Below, piece by piece: positions 18,201 through 38,294 of a stretch of 64,000 nucleotides of DNA. Source of the stretch: the human T2T-CHM13v2.0 reference genome, Homo sapiens; the NCBI RefSeq assembly GCF_009914755.1, contig NC_060947.1; one strand, 5' to 3'. Position 1 is the first letter of the stretch. Each line of letters opens with the position of its first letter. Made by a program: the position numbers and the translations under genes. The notes beneath the pieces are model-generated. The model saw only the letters and a list, made by a program, of their open reading frames with translations, made no database searches and was not told where the DNA came from.

Positions 18201-18274
18201 AAGCAGCTGTGCCCCCATGGGTTGACACTAACGATGAAGAAACAATTCAACAACAAATTTTGGCCTTATCAGCT
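18201..18274 (+). CDS. SYAP1: SYAP1 coding exon 4
   Basis: Acceptor tgtatag|aa, donor GCT|gtaagt; 74 nt; (E)[24 protein letters not shown]. Confidence 0.95.
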
Positions 18275-18445
18275 GTAAGTATCTTGTGGTACCCCAGATA
18301 GAACATACTTTCTTCTGTCATGATATATCTCTGTTGATGTGACTTTAGTAGAATTTATTTTTCTATACAGTTTTTAAAATATTTTGAGATGTTAGGAATG
18401 TACACATTAACACATGATGTGTACATTAACAAAATGTACACATAA

Positions 18446-19087
<642 letters not shown>

Positions 19088-19524
19088 TAATTTGTTTTGT
19101 TTTGTTTTGTTTTTGTTTTAAGAGACACAGTCTCAATTGGTCATCCAGGATAGAGTACAGTGGCATAATTATGGCTCACTGCAGCCTTGAACTGGGCTCA
19201 AGTGATCCTCCGGCCTTAGCCTTCCAAGTATCTGGGACGATAGGCGTAAGCCACCATGCCCAGCTAATTTTTAAAATTGTTTTTAGAGATGGGTTCTCAC
19301 TATGTTTCCCAGGCTGGTCTCGAACTCCTGGCCTCAAGCGATCCTCTTGCCCAACTTCCCAAAGTGCTGGATTATAGCCATGAGCGACTACACCCTGTCC
19401 GCTTCTATTTTTTTTTTTTTTTTTTTTTTTGAGAGTCTCACTGCACTCCTGCTGGTCAACATAGCAAGACTGTCTCAAAATAAAGAAAGAATATAATATT
19501 TCCCCAGTCTATGATAAATTGTTA

Positions 19525-19828
<304 letters not shown>

Positions 19829-19858
19829 TTAAAAAAAAAGAGTGGGCGCATTGGCTCA

Positions 19859-20326
<468 letters not shown>

Positions 20327-21036
20327 GTAAGCAGAGTGTTCTCCAGCGTTTCCTCATGGCCTCCGTTATGTGCTCAGTATCAGCACATAATGATGGAAGG
20401 GGCCAAAAGGGTCTCTATCTGTTCATAAAAGCAGGCCCCGCAGCCCTTTGGCAGCTCCCCTGGTCAGGGCACTCTGGAATCAAAACCAAGGTCTGACTTG
20501 GCAGGAAATACAGGGTAGAGATGAAATGTGCTTTTCTATCCCAGTTACAAGGTAGAACACATTTCCCTACAGAAACCACAAACATGCTGCATCACCCTGA
20601 ATCACATTCTGGTCTCTGAGGCTCATCGGGATCTTTTTTCCAAGCTGACTGCATTTTCCATTCAGGCTCTGCCCTCCAGTGGCAGTGTTCCTGCTCTCTT
20701 TGCTAAGGCTTTTCCTCCAACAGCTCTTCTGGGCTCCACAAATCCCAGCTTGTCCTGTAGGCTCCAGTGCATGCATGATGCATTCTGGAAGCCTGCCTTG
20801 GTGGTGCGGCCAACAGGGGCCACCTTCCCCGCTGCTGCTTCCCTTGGGTGTTCTGTCTCAAGCTCTTCCGTGCCTTCTCCAGTCCAGTCCCTTGTATTGA
20901 AGCTGTCGCATGTTTGGAGTCAGCGTTCCTTCTTATTCTGTCATTGTTCCCTTTCTCTTAACCTTGTCATATGGGTGCAGTATCTTACTGTTCCCTGAGT
21001 ACGTTAGTTACAGTTCTCTCAAAAGACTCCTTTTTC

Positions 21037-21463
21037 AGCTGGGTGCGGTGGCCAATGCCTGTAATCTCAACACTTTGGGAGGCTGAGGTGGGAGGATCAC
21101 GTGAGGTTGAGTTCGAGACCAGCCTGGGCAACATAGCAAGACCACCATCTTTACAAAGAAACCAAGAATTAGCCGGGCGTGGTGGTGTGCACCTTTAGTC
21201 CCAGCTACTCAGGAAGCTGAGGCGGGAGGATCATGTGAGGCCGAGTTCGAGACCAGCCTGGGCAACATAGCAAGACCACCATCTTTACAAAGAAATCAAG
21301 AATTAGCCGGGCGTAGTGGTGCGCACCTTTAGTCCTAGCTACTCAGGAAGCTGAGGCGGGAGGAACACCTGAGCCTGGGAGGTCGACGCTGCAGTGAGCC
21401 ATGATCACGCCACTGGCATTCCAGCCTGGGCAACAGAGTGAGACCCTGTCTCAAATAAAAGAC
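21037..21463 (+). mobile_element. AluJ with internal 134-bp tandem duplication
   Basis: GCTGAGG registers at 21082, 21216, 21350; TSD AGACTCCTTTTTC (21024-21036, 21464-21476). Confidence 0.9.
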
Positions 21464-22073
21464 AGACTCCTTTTTCTATGCTGTTTCCTCCCTCGGGACT
21501 CTTTTGTTTGTTTGGGGATCTGTCGTTTATGTGGCAGACTCTCCTTACCTGTCCCTTCGCATTAGCAGTGCCATACTGAAAGGGTACATGGCCGCTGAAT
21601 GTGGGGACAAGCCTTTTGGCCTGGAGAGGCTCAGTAGCTGTGGGAAGGTAGCTTATCCCCAGAGGACTCCTCGGCCTCCTGCCTGGCTGCAGGCAGGACA
21701 ATGGGAAGAGCCAGTTGATAGGCAGACTATCCCTTGACCCCTGTGGCTTGACCTTGATGTCACACCCCCAGTCTCAACTGTGCCACCGGTCCCTGAGTGT
21801 AGAGCAGCTTGGCTCCCCTCCCCACATGGGCAGAGCAGGGCAGGGCAAGATGGGAGGCCCAGGGGCTCTCTGGGCTTCCACCCTTGCTGCAGACAACTCA
21901 GTACAGTTTTCTCTGGTCAACGAAGTAGACTACTGTTTGCCTAGGCCGGGTGCAGTTGCTCATGCCTGTAATTCCAGGACTTTGGGAGGCCAAGGCAGGC
22001 AGATTGTCTGAGACCAGCCTGGGCAAATAGTGAAACCCTGTTTCTACTTAAAAAAAAAAAATACAAAAAATTA

Positions 22074-22241
<168 letters not shown>

Positions 22242-22707
22242 TTACTGTCTGCCCTTGACATTTCCACTTGACAGCTTTCCACTTGACTGCCCTTGACAGC
22301 GTCCACTGTCCTCTCCTCTCTCATTCTCTTTGTCCTTGTGTTTTTATGTATGTAATTCCTTTTCTGTTACTTTCCTGGCATCTTCAGAGGGAGCACAGAT
22401 GAACACATGTTTGTTTTGCTATGCTTACCCAGCCACATAGCGGTTTTAACAAATATTTGCTAGCCTTTTGGTTCACACAGCAGCACAGGTTTTCTGTCTG
22501 TGAAAACACCACTCTGGAAGTGTTCTTCCAGACTCAGAATAACAGTTATATGGAATCTTTTTTTCTTTGTAGTGAAACTCTTCCCTCCATAATTATTAAC
22601 ATATTAGTGGTAAATTTCTAGAGCCCTCCCCAACCCTCCCATAAGAAAAGTATGTTTTATGGCAAAAAAAAAAAAAAAAAAAATCTCATTAGAAATTTCA
22701 TCTTTAG

Positions 22708-23031
<324 letters not shown>

Positions 23032-24253
23032 TAAAATAGCTGTGGTTAAGGATATTTTTAGTTAAGGTGATTTGTTTTGTTTTGGAGACGGAGTTTCGCT
23101 CTTGTCACCCAGGGTGGAGTCCAATGGCTTGATCTCGGCTCATCGTAACCACCTCCCCACCTCCCAGGTTCAAGCGATTCTCCTGTCTCAGCCTCCCGAG
23201 TAGCTGGGATTACAGACGCATGCCACCACGCCTGGCTATTTTTTGTATTTTTAGTAGAGACAGGGTTTCGCCATGTTGGCCAGGCTGGTCTTGAACTCCT
23301 GACCTCAGGTGATCTGTCCGCCTTGGCCTCCCAGAGTGCTGAGATTACAGGCCACCGCACCCAGCCTAGTTAAGGATATTTTTTAAATGTACCATCTAAT
23401 CTATTTTTTACTACATATGCTCACAAAATCATAGGAATTGACTTTTTTATTTTAAAAAGTATTATTTTTTAGAGACAGGATCTCTGGAATGCAGTGGCAC
23501 AGTAGCTTACTGTAGCCTTGACCTCCTGGACTCAAGTGATTTTCCTGTCTCGGCCTCCCAAGTAGCTCAGAGGCCTGTGCCGCTACGCCTGCCTAATACT
23601 GTTTTTAACTTTTTTAGAGATAGGGTCTTGCTGTGTTGCGCAGGCTGGTTTTGAACTCCTGGCCTGAAGCAGTCTTCCTGCCTCAGCCTCTCAAGTTGCT
23701 GAGGTTATAGACGAGAGCCACCCACGCTCCTGGTAGAATTGAATTTTGAAGAGTTTGTATATATAATGTGTATGTGTATGTGCTTGTGTGTGTGTGTTTC
23801 AAGCTCTTCCCTCAGAATTTGAGGCTGTGCCTGTTCTGAGTAACTGACTCTGAGGGAAGGGTACCCAAGCTCCGGGGTGCAGATGCCCTTTACACTTGCA
23901 GCCTGCATCAACTTGAAGACCTTTTGAATCACCCTGAGCCATATGCTTGGCTCCTGCTGTGGCTCTCAAGACCAGCAAGAGGCCCTGAGTGGCTGGAGCC
24001 TGAGGCCTGTGGCCTGGGGTGCTCATAGCAGGCATGTAGCTGTCCACAGTTTTGGTTCTTTACAATTGTGGACCGCCCCCTCTCACTGTTGACAGTAATT
24101 TTAGATTTTTTGAAACTGTCTGAGAATTGGTATTTGGCAATTAGTGTTTCTAATTTGTCACAGGGCAACCTGCCAATCAAATATTTCAATATGACTCCAG
24201 TTTCCTCCTACTAATTTTGTTGAGGATTACTTAGAAATTATAGTTTTTATTTA

Positions 24254-24588
<335 letters not shown>

Positions 24589-25197
24589 AGAAATGCTTGC
24601 TGAAGTATTTACAAATGAAAGAATGTGATGTCTCTCATTCGCCTTAAAATATTCCAACCCATTCCCAAAGAAAAGCATGTGTGCAGGGGAGGGGAAGATA
24701 GATGGAACGCAACTGGTGAAATGCTGATACTCACGGTAGGTAGGTCACAGGTACATGGGGTTCATTGTTCTAGTTGCTTCACTTCTGTTTTGTCGAAAAT
24801 TTCCATAACAGAACAAAAACAAGCTGTCAGACACAAATATACGGTTTCCAGACTTTTCCTGCCTGACACACAGAAGCACAACTTTGCTCTTTGAAACACT
24901 TTTTCTGAACAGAAGCCATCATTAACTAGGAACACTTTAGAAAACAAAACACTTGCTCTGGATTTCAAACTGCATATTAGTAGCTTAACCCTTCCCTGTG
25001 GTAGTCTAATGCTGTGACCGAGATAGGGTCCTGCTGGTACATCACAAGCACCCTCTGAGGCCCTCATTCTGATGACAGTAGGGAAATCACAAGTCCTTTC
25101 CTGCCTTGGCCTTGGCCTGTGACATTTGTCCAGTGTTTCCCGGAGGGTTTTCACAGGATACAATGCCTTAAGATAGTGCAGGAAAACAAATAGATAA

Positions 25198-25368
<171 letters not shown>

Positions 25369-25542
25369 TAGCTGGGACTACAGGCGCACGCCACCACACC
25401 TAGCTAATTTTTGTATATTTAGTAGAGACAGGGTTTCACCATGTTGGCCAGGATGGTCTCAATCTCTTGACCTTGCAATCTGCCTGCCTCAGCCTCCCAA
25501 AGTGCTGGGATTACAGGCGTGAACCTCCGTGCCTGGCCGTGA

Positions 25543-25863
<321 letters not shown>

Positions 25864-26599
25864 TGACTTCTCAGAACCTTTAGTCGTCATCTGTATTGTG
25901 ACTCTTCCCCAGAGGGTGACACAGACTATTTCTGCAGTGTGCCTCTATGACCGCACCTCTCATATCAAGAGGGAGAGACTATGGAAAACAAAGCAGTCCA
26001 CATGTTTGTTTTTATTAATCAAGACAGCAAACAGTGCCCATGATCTACCATAGGTACCTAGAATACCTAAGTCTCATTTTGGGCATTTCACATAGCTCAG
26101 ACTTAAAAGTGAATTCAGGCCAGGCGCGGTGGCTCACACCTGTAATCCCAGCACTTTGGGAAGCTGAGGCAGGTGGATCACTTGAGGTCAGGAGTTCGAG
26201 ACCATCCTGGCTAACACAGTGAAACTCCGTCTCTACTAAAAATACAAAAATTAGCCGGGTGGTGGCGTGTGCCTGTAATCCCAGCTACTCGGGAGGCTGA
26301 GGCAGAATCACTTGAACACAGGAGGCGGAGGTTACAGTGAGCCGAGATTGTGCCACTGCACTCCAGCCTGGGTGACAGAGGGAGACTCCATCTCAAAAAA
26401 AAAAAAAAAAAAAGTGATTTCAAAGATATTTAGGCAGCCTACTACCTCATGGGAAGGCTCATTTCACTTTTGTTTGGCTCGAGTGTTATGGCTTAAGACC
26501 CTGGAACTTATCAGGACAAACAGGCCCAGTTCTTAGTTCCCCTAAATGTCTTAGTCCCTATAATCCCTCACCATCCAGGTGTTTTGCCGGTAAATACCC

Positions 26600-26830
26600 T
26601 TTGGTTTGTCAGTGTCATCGTTAAAGTGAGTCCTCAGGAGTGAATATAATGCGTTGTCTTAATTGCAGAAAGCACACCATAGCATATCTTGTATGTTTTT
26701 GATGCAGCCGAAGATTTCATGAGCTCTTTTAGCAGTGGTAGCATACTGTGGTTTGCTCAGCTAAACTCGTGGTCAACTATAATCCCTTATGAATTGCTAT
26801 GAAGCCCAATATCCCTCTTGCCGAACTAAT
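26600..26830 (-). mobile_element. CR1/L3 fragment
   Basis: gatgcagccgaagatttcatgagctc...cgtggtcaactataatccc resembles L3 reverse-transcriptase remnant. Confidence 0.45.
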
Positions 26831-27129
26831 TCCAAGAGACGTTACAACAGTTGTGTGGCCACATGAGTTTGGGAAATGCTGCTTGGCATGTAGTAAGAAC
26901 TTAACAAGTGAGAGGTTATTATTCCTGTGACCATCTATGATGGCAGACAACTTGTCTTATTCCCCCAGCACCCAGCATAGCGCCTGATGCACATGGCACC
27001 ATAATTCCACCGGTAAATGTTGGTGGCATTAATAAAAGTGGGGCTGTGTCTGGCAGCAAATTCCATCTTGTTACCTGTCCTCGCTTGTATAGGTAATCGT
27101 GCATTTTGCCTCTATCACTTACATGCTAG

Positions 27130-27429
<300 letters not shown>

Positions 27430-27748
27430 TAGTAGAGACGGGGTTTCACCATGTTGCCTAGGCTGGTCTCGAACTCCTGACCTCAGGTGATCCGCCCTCC
27501 TTAGCCTCCTAAAGTGCTGGAATTACAGGCATGAGCCACCGCACCTAGCACTGACTGATCGTATTCTACTCTTTCAAAGTCTTTTTCTGTCAGGCTTTCT
27601 TCTCGTTTTCCCCCCATTCTAAGAACCTTGCATCCCTTCTAAAAAAATGGGATAGACTGGGCATGGTGGCTCACGCCTGTAATCCCAGCACTTTGGGAGG
27701 CCGAGGCGGGCAGATCACGAGGTCAGGAGATCTAGACCATCCTGGCTA

Positions 27749-28072
<324 letters not shown>

Positions 28073-28181
28073 TCACACACCCTGCAGGTCACCAAAGCCA
28101 TTCCTTGGGTGTGTACATGTTTGTGTGCATGTATATGTGCTTTTTTAATGCTTTTTTTCTTTTCTTTTTTTTTTTTTTTGA

Positions 28182-28742
<561 letters not shown>

Positions 28743-28848
28743 TAGGCCACCATGCCTGACCCATTTTGCTTTTATTTAGTTTTGTTTTTTGTATTCAACC
28801 CTCAAGATTTTTATTTAATTTCTCTGAAGCGAGCACAGTTATCAATGG

Positions 28849-28890
<42 letters not shown>
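28849..28890. repeat. (ATT)14 microsatellite
   Basis: Perfect trinucleotide run read directly. Confidence 0.95.
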
Positions 28891-30480
<1,590 letters not shown>

Positions 30481-30994
30481 AACACATCACACCAGGTGAT
30501 TCTAATAGGTAGCCAGGTTTGAGAACCACCAAGAGTTTTCAGGTTGAACTGCACTTCAATCTTTTTATCAAGCATTTCCCACCCCATTGCTAACTCTTAC
30601 TGGTTACTAGTTATTAGCAAGCTGCCAAACATTCTCTTTCATAAGGAACAACAGCCACAATGCTTGCTTCTCACTGCTGGAAGGCATTTAATCCTCTTGA
30701 GAAACAGCAAGTGATTGGTGGAGTCCTGGCTCTGCTTCTGGTTTCCCAGGTTGATTATGCTAGTTTCACAACAATGCCATGTTTTCTTCTACCGAGAGCA
30801 GTATTGGTATCATTAAGATACCAAGAAATGCTGAGGTTTCATTGGTATTCTGTAACTTGTATTTTGCTGCTACGGGGAAGATAGCTGTTAGGTTTATCCT
30901 GTTGTTAGCTTTCAATTCTAAAGTGAATATGGGCTGGGTGCGGTGGCTCACGCCTGTAATCCCAGCACTTTGGGAGGCCGAGGCGGGCAGATCA

Positions 30995-31255
<261 letters not shown>

Positions 31256-31428
31256 TCACTCAGCTTTGAAAGTGCTCTTGCAAATCATCTACTCCAGTCC
31301 CCTTTACAACAAATAACCCCTGCGTGCACTTGTCTGTGTGCGTTCTCAAATGTGTTCTTGTCTGTCTGCTTTTTATTGATTTTCAATTTTGCCTTTTTCC
31401 ACTGTTCTAATTTGCCTTTCTTTAAAAG

Positions 31429-31577
31429 TGTGAAGGAAGAAGTGTTCTGGAGGAACTACTTTTACCGCGTCTCCCTGATTAAGCAGTCAGCCCAGCTCAC
31501 GGCCCTGGCTGCCCAACAGCAGGCCGCAGGGAAGGAGGAGAAGAGCAATGGCAGAGAGCAAGATTTGCCGCTGGCAG
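31429..31577 (+). CDS. SYAP1: SYAP1 coding exon 6 (BSD FW motif)
   Basis: Acceptor tttaaaag|t, donor GCAG|gtatat; 149 nt; [49 protein letters not shown]; contains the BSD-family EExFWxxYF signature. Confidence 0.97.
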
Positions 31578-33146
31578 GTATATTCTGGGTAGAAGACAGC
31601 ACTCTACAGAAAAAGTTGTTCTTAGAGACTCAAATGAGCTTGACCTCTTATACGTACCAGAAATGTCATTGCCTTAGGGAAAAATTCTTTTCTTCCCAGA
31701 GGAAATCTTCATTTTTCTCTTACTGCCTTCTCTCTGACCCAGCTCACACATGTCTTCCCCAAGCTTTCCTTTACTTTGCTTATCTCCTTTCTCATTCCTT
31801 GTTTTCGTTTTTGTTTTTTTTTTTAGACACGGGTCTCACTATGTTGCCCAGGCTGTCCTCAAACTCCTAGACTCAAGCGATCCTCCTGCCTCAGCTTCCC
31901 AAGTAGCTGGGACTTACAGGCATGAGCCACTGTGCCTGGCGAGTTTTTTTTTCTTTTTATTTCTCTCTCAAACATCCGTCATCTTCCCCCCCTCTCATTT
32001 TTGGCCCTTAACCATGTGATTCTTTATACTTCTGTCCTCTACCCTGATTCAGTCCGCCTCCTTTTTGTTTGTTTCAACCTGATGTTTCTCCAGTGTGTGT
32101 AGTCTGTAGAGCAGAACAAAGCTCCATTCCACTCCCAAGTTACAAGGATCTATCTAGTTCTGAGCTAGGCACTGATGAACATTGGACTCATTGTGACACT
32201 AACTTACCCCTGGTTGTGGGAATGTGTTTTATAATAAGGGCAGCTGTTTGAAATCTGTAATAATTAAAATAAGAAACACATTTTGTGTCATAGTTTAAAT
32301 TCTTAGTGAGTACCTGCTGTGTATAGTAGGTACTCATTACAACTGGACATTTATCCCACAAGAAGCGGGGTGATTTAATTCACGGAATTTTAAATGATTA
32401 AGCAAAACAGCATGTCCTGAGGTACAGGTTATACAGAATACTAGGACAGGATCTGACACTGCTGTTAGTGTCAAGGAAATGGAGTGAAGTTGCTCTACAC
32501 AGGAAAATTTGTCATTTTGTATATCAGTGTTAACATGCATCCCAATTGTCTGTTATTCTTTAGCATTTATGTTAATTTTGTTGGAAAATGCCATTTTGCC
32601 AAATACTGCCTTGTTTAACAAAATGGATTTATGACAGTATTCCATAAAGACTGCCTTTTTCTAGCACTCTTATCAGCAGGCAAACTTGATAAATAGCTTA
32701 ATTCTCATTATTCTAAAAAAGTACAGAACTATTCTTCAATGAATTTTGCTAACACTGTAGTTAAAAATTATTTCCTGCTGGAAATTTTATGTAAGGATAT
32801 GTATTGAATATGATGACATGTTAAAAATATCCCCAGGAGGCTGAGGCAGGAGGATCACTTGAGCCCAGAAGTTCGAGTCCAGCCTGGGCAACATAGTGAC
32901 ACCCCATGTCTAAAAATAAATAAATGGATAGGTAGATAGATAGATAAAAATATCCCCAAAGTAAGAGGTTGAGATGGTTTCACCATGGCTGTTTCTTATA
33001 ACTTAAGAAAAGCTGAAAGCATAACATAAAAATTCATTTCTGAAAATTATTTAGTATCATAATACTTGTGGATATTTTACTGTGATTATAATATGTATTC
33101 AGAACTGAACCAAGCAATTATTGTCTCTCTTATTCTCACTTCTTAG

Positions 33147-33205
33147 AGGCAGTACGGCCCAAAACGCCACCCGTTGTAATCAAATCTCAGCTTAAAACTC
33201 AAGAG
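33147..33205 (+). CDS. SYAP1: SYAP1 coding exon 7
   Basis: Acceptor cttcttag|ag, donor GAG|gtaatc; 59 nt; (E)AVRPKTPPVVIKSQLKTQE. Confidence 0.95.
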
Positions 33206-33645
33206 GTAATCCAGTTTTACATTGTACCTAGTAGTTGATATCTGGAAATAAAGTAACTGTGTTAACTCTTTCTGATACCATTTAAAACTATGTATGAATA
33301 TGGGTTTGGAAGAAGCAGCATCTGGTACTTGAATAGTCAAGGAACTAGGGCTGAGACTTGAGGACGATTTACTGGCATATGTAATTCTAGATGTGTTCAT
33401 CAGGGATTGGAGAGAAGGGTTGGAGTGATTCAAACTGTGAAGGAGAATAATAGCCTCAGGTGGTAACTCATGTAGTTACCAAGCAACTGCAAGTTAGAAG
33501 GTTGGAGAGCAGTGCTCATTGTCTTACAGCTCGCAGAGAAAAGAAATAAAAATAGCACGGCATTAAATTGTGAGACAATAGCAAACCAGAATAACACAAA
33601 TGTCGCTTAGCAAACCATTTCAAGAGCTCATTTGTTGCATTTCAG

Positions 33646-33793
33646 GATGAGGAAGAAATTTCTACTAGCCCAGGTGTTTCTGAGTTTGTCAGTGATGCCT
33701 TCGATGCCTGTAACCTAAATCAGGAAGATCTAAGGAAAGAAATGGAGCAACTAGTGCTTGACAAAAAGCAAGAGGAGACAGCCGTACTGGAAG
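33646..33793 (+). CDS. SYAP1: SYAP1 coding exon 8
   Basis: Acceptor atttcag|gat, donor GAAG|gtaaaa; 148 nt; [49 protein letters not shown]. Confidence 0.96.
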
Positions 33794-34016
33794 GTAAAAA
33801 ACAAAACAAATCAAAGCAAAGAAACTATTCGTCTCCCTAATTCCAAAGCTAATTGTAGAAAATTGTTATTCTGAAGCCAGTGCACAAAAATGTGTTGTAA
33901 ATTTTGCATCAAAATTGATTCTTGTCAGAGGCAATGGCTCACGCTTGTAATCCTAGCACTTTGGGAGGCCGAGGCGGGCAGATCACGAGGTCAGGAGATC
34001 GAGACCATCCTGGCTA

Positions 34017-34383
<367 letters not shown>

Positions 34384-34703
34384 TCATCTCAAAATAATAA
34401 TAATAATAATAATAAATTTTTAAAAGCTGGCATTCTCCTTGACTGTAGACATGTACATGGAAGATTCTTTTCCCAGCTGCTGCATGCCAAAAGAGCATTG
34501 CTTCTGGGAAGGAGCAGGCTGCTTTTAAAAACCAGTTTTCTTTTTGAGATAGGGTCTCACTCTGTCACCCAGGCTGAAGTGCAATAGTGCCGTCATAGCT
34601 CACTGCAGCCTCAAACTCCTAGGCTCACACCATCCACCCACCTCAGGCTCCAATGTAGCTGGGACTATAGGCGTGTGCCACCACACCAGGCTAATTTTTT
34701 TAA

Positions 34704-35123
<420 letters not shown>

Positions 35124-35479
35124 TAGTCTTTTATATATTATATATCTTGGCTCCAGGACTAAATTGTAAGATCCCCAAGGGCAGTTACACATTGTCTTTC
35201 TGTCCCCCTACAGTACCTAATGTGGAACTTAGCACTCAGTAAGCACCCTAATAAATATTTGTGAAATTGGTGGCTTCCTGCACAACACAGGGTGTCTTTT
35301 CCTTTGAGGTTGCTGCTGTAGAACGATTAAAGCATTTCATTTTTGTTTTCTCTATAGCTAAGTTTAAGGTTTATTTTTAAAGACAGGCTGGGCACGGTGG
35401 CTCATGCCTGTAATCCCAGCACTTTGGGAGGCTGAGGCGGGCGGATCACGAGGTCAGGAGATCGAGACCATCCTGGCTA

Positions 35480-35926
<447 letters not shown>

Positions 35927-36715
35927 TTACATAGCAGATGCATTATCCTACACACACAGAGGTATATTGAGTGTCTGTGTAGAAAGTTGCAGGTCTAAAT
36001 CTCAACGCGGAAGACCAGTGTGAGAGCTCCAGTCAGAACACCATGAGAGAGTCCAGGCTGACTTCAGACCCCGGTGTCTGTCTCCACTCTTAAGGAGACA
36101 GCTCTTTGTATAGTGGTTAAGCATAGACTGTGGAGCCTGCAGATGTGGTTCCATCCTTATATCTGTCGCTGTCAAACGGTGTGATCTTGGGCAAGTTGCT
36201 TAACCTCTCCTAAGTCTCCATTTCCCTATCTATAAGATGTGGCAAATAGTAATACCTTGTCCATGGACTGTTCCAAGGGTGAAAAGCGTGATACATAGAA
36301 AGCAGTTGGGCCAGTGCCCAGCCCAGTAAGTGCTCAATAAACATTAGCTGCTTTTGCTACCATCATCATCATTGGTAGTGGTAAAAATTAACTTGCAACC
36401 AAGTATTAATTATCATTTACCCATTTAAATAAAAGGAAATGCAGAGGCATAGGGAAAGCAAAATAACACCCAAAATATATTGATGACATCTGATACCTTT
36501 GCTTCTACATTAACAGATTTATCTTTCTAATTGTGTTTATCCTTGGTCACTGTTAAAATTTACTGAGTTTTTCTGAGCACACATAGTAGTGAAGCCTGAG
36601 ATACTAAAAATTACAGCAGCTAGGACTTTACGTAGGTAATTGAGATGGACCGAATTGTGAACACCAGCATTATGAATTCAGAGAGAATCTTTTTCTTCTC
36701 CTTTGTTTCTTTTAG

Positions 36716-36843
36716 AGGATTCTGCAGATTGGGAAAAAGAACTGCAGCAGGAACTTCAAGAATATGAAGTGGTGACAGAATCTGAAAAACGAGATGAAAA
36801 CTGGGATAAGGAAATAGAGAAAATGCTTCAAGAGGAAAATTAG
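36716..36843 (+). CDS. SYAP1: SYAP1 last exon (9), coding part to stop codon
   Basis: Long pyrimidine tract then tttag|ag; (E)[44 protein letters not shown] at 36841-36843. Exons 2-9 total 884 nt, leaving 175 nt (phase 1) for the missing exon 1 of a 352-aa protein. Confidence 0.96.
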
Positions 36844-37364
36844 CTGTTCCTGAAATAGAAGAATAATCCTTAACAGTCTGCAAACTGACATTAAATTCTA
36901 GATGTTGACAATTACTGAATCAGAAGGCATGAAAGAGTATAATTTTATGAAATTCAAAATTATTCTTTTTTCAAGTTGAAACTTGCCTCTTCTACTTTAA
37001 AAAAGTATATAGAACAGTTACTTCTAATAATCAGAAAGAGATGTTTTATAGAACATTTCTTTAATATAAAGTTAGAGATGTCTTCATAGGCAGTATGGCT
37101 ATCTTTGCCACAGAAACATAAGTAAAATTTTAGAGTTCTGTTTTCCATGAGGTCAAAAATATAATTTATTCCTCAGTCATGGTTTTCTAAATATCTGTAC
37201 TCCACATTCCATTTTAATTGATATGAGGGTGTTAAAGTACCTACTTAATGGGTTGATTACTATCAAAATGACCAAATTATACCAAAGAACTTAAGAGGAA
37301 GCACTTTCAGAACTATTCACTTGCCAGGTATTTTCTAAAATTCCACCTGAAAGCCAAAAGATAA

Positions 37365-37370
37365 AATAAA
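37365..37370 (+). terminator. Candidate proximal poly(A) signal of SYAP1
   Basis: AATAAA 522 nt after the stop codon, just before the first UTR Alu. Confidence 0.55.
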
Positions 37371-37408
37371 TAAGTTGATTTTAATGATATAAGCATCACA
37401 CAATTTTA

Positions 37409-37784
<376 letters not shown>

Positions 37785-37787
37785 TTA

Positions 37788-38294
<507 letters not shown>

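Noticed and set aside
20528-20998. 156-aa non-Alu ORF in intron 5
   Set aside because: Non-ATG start, no recognisable domain, and the DNA resembles a decayed L2 fragment.
31352-31870. 172-aa ORF as a standalone gene
   Set aside because: Only 31429-31577 is SYAP1 exon 6; the rest is intron and Alu read-through.
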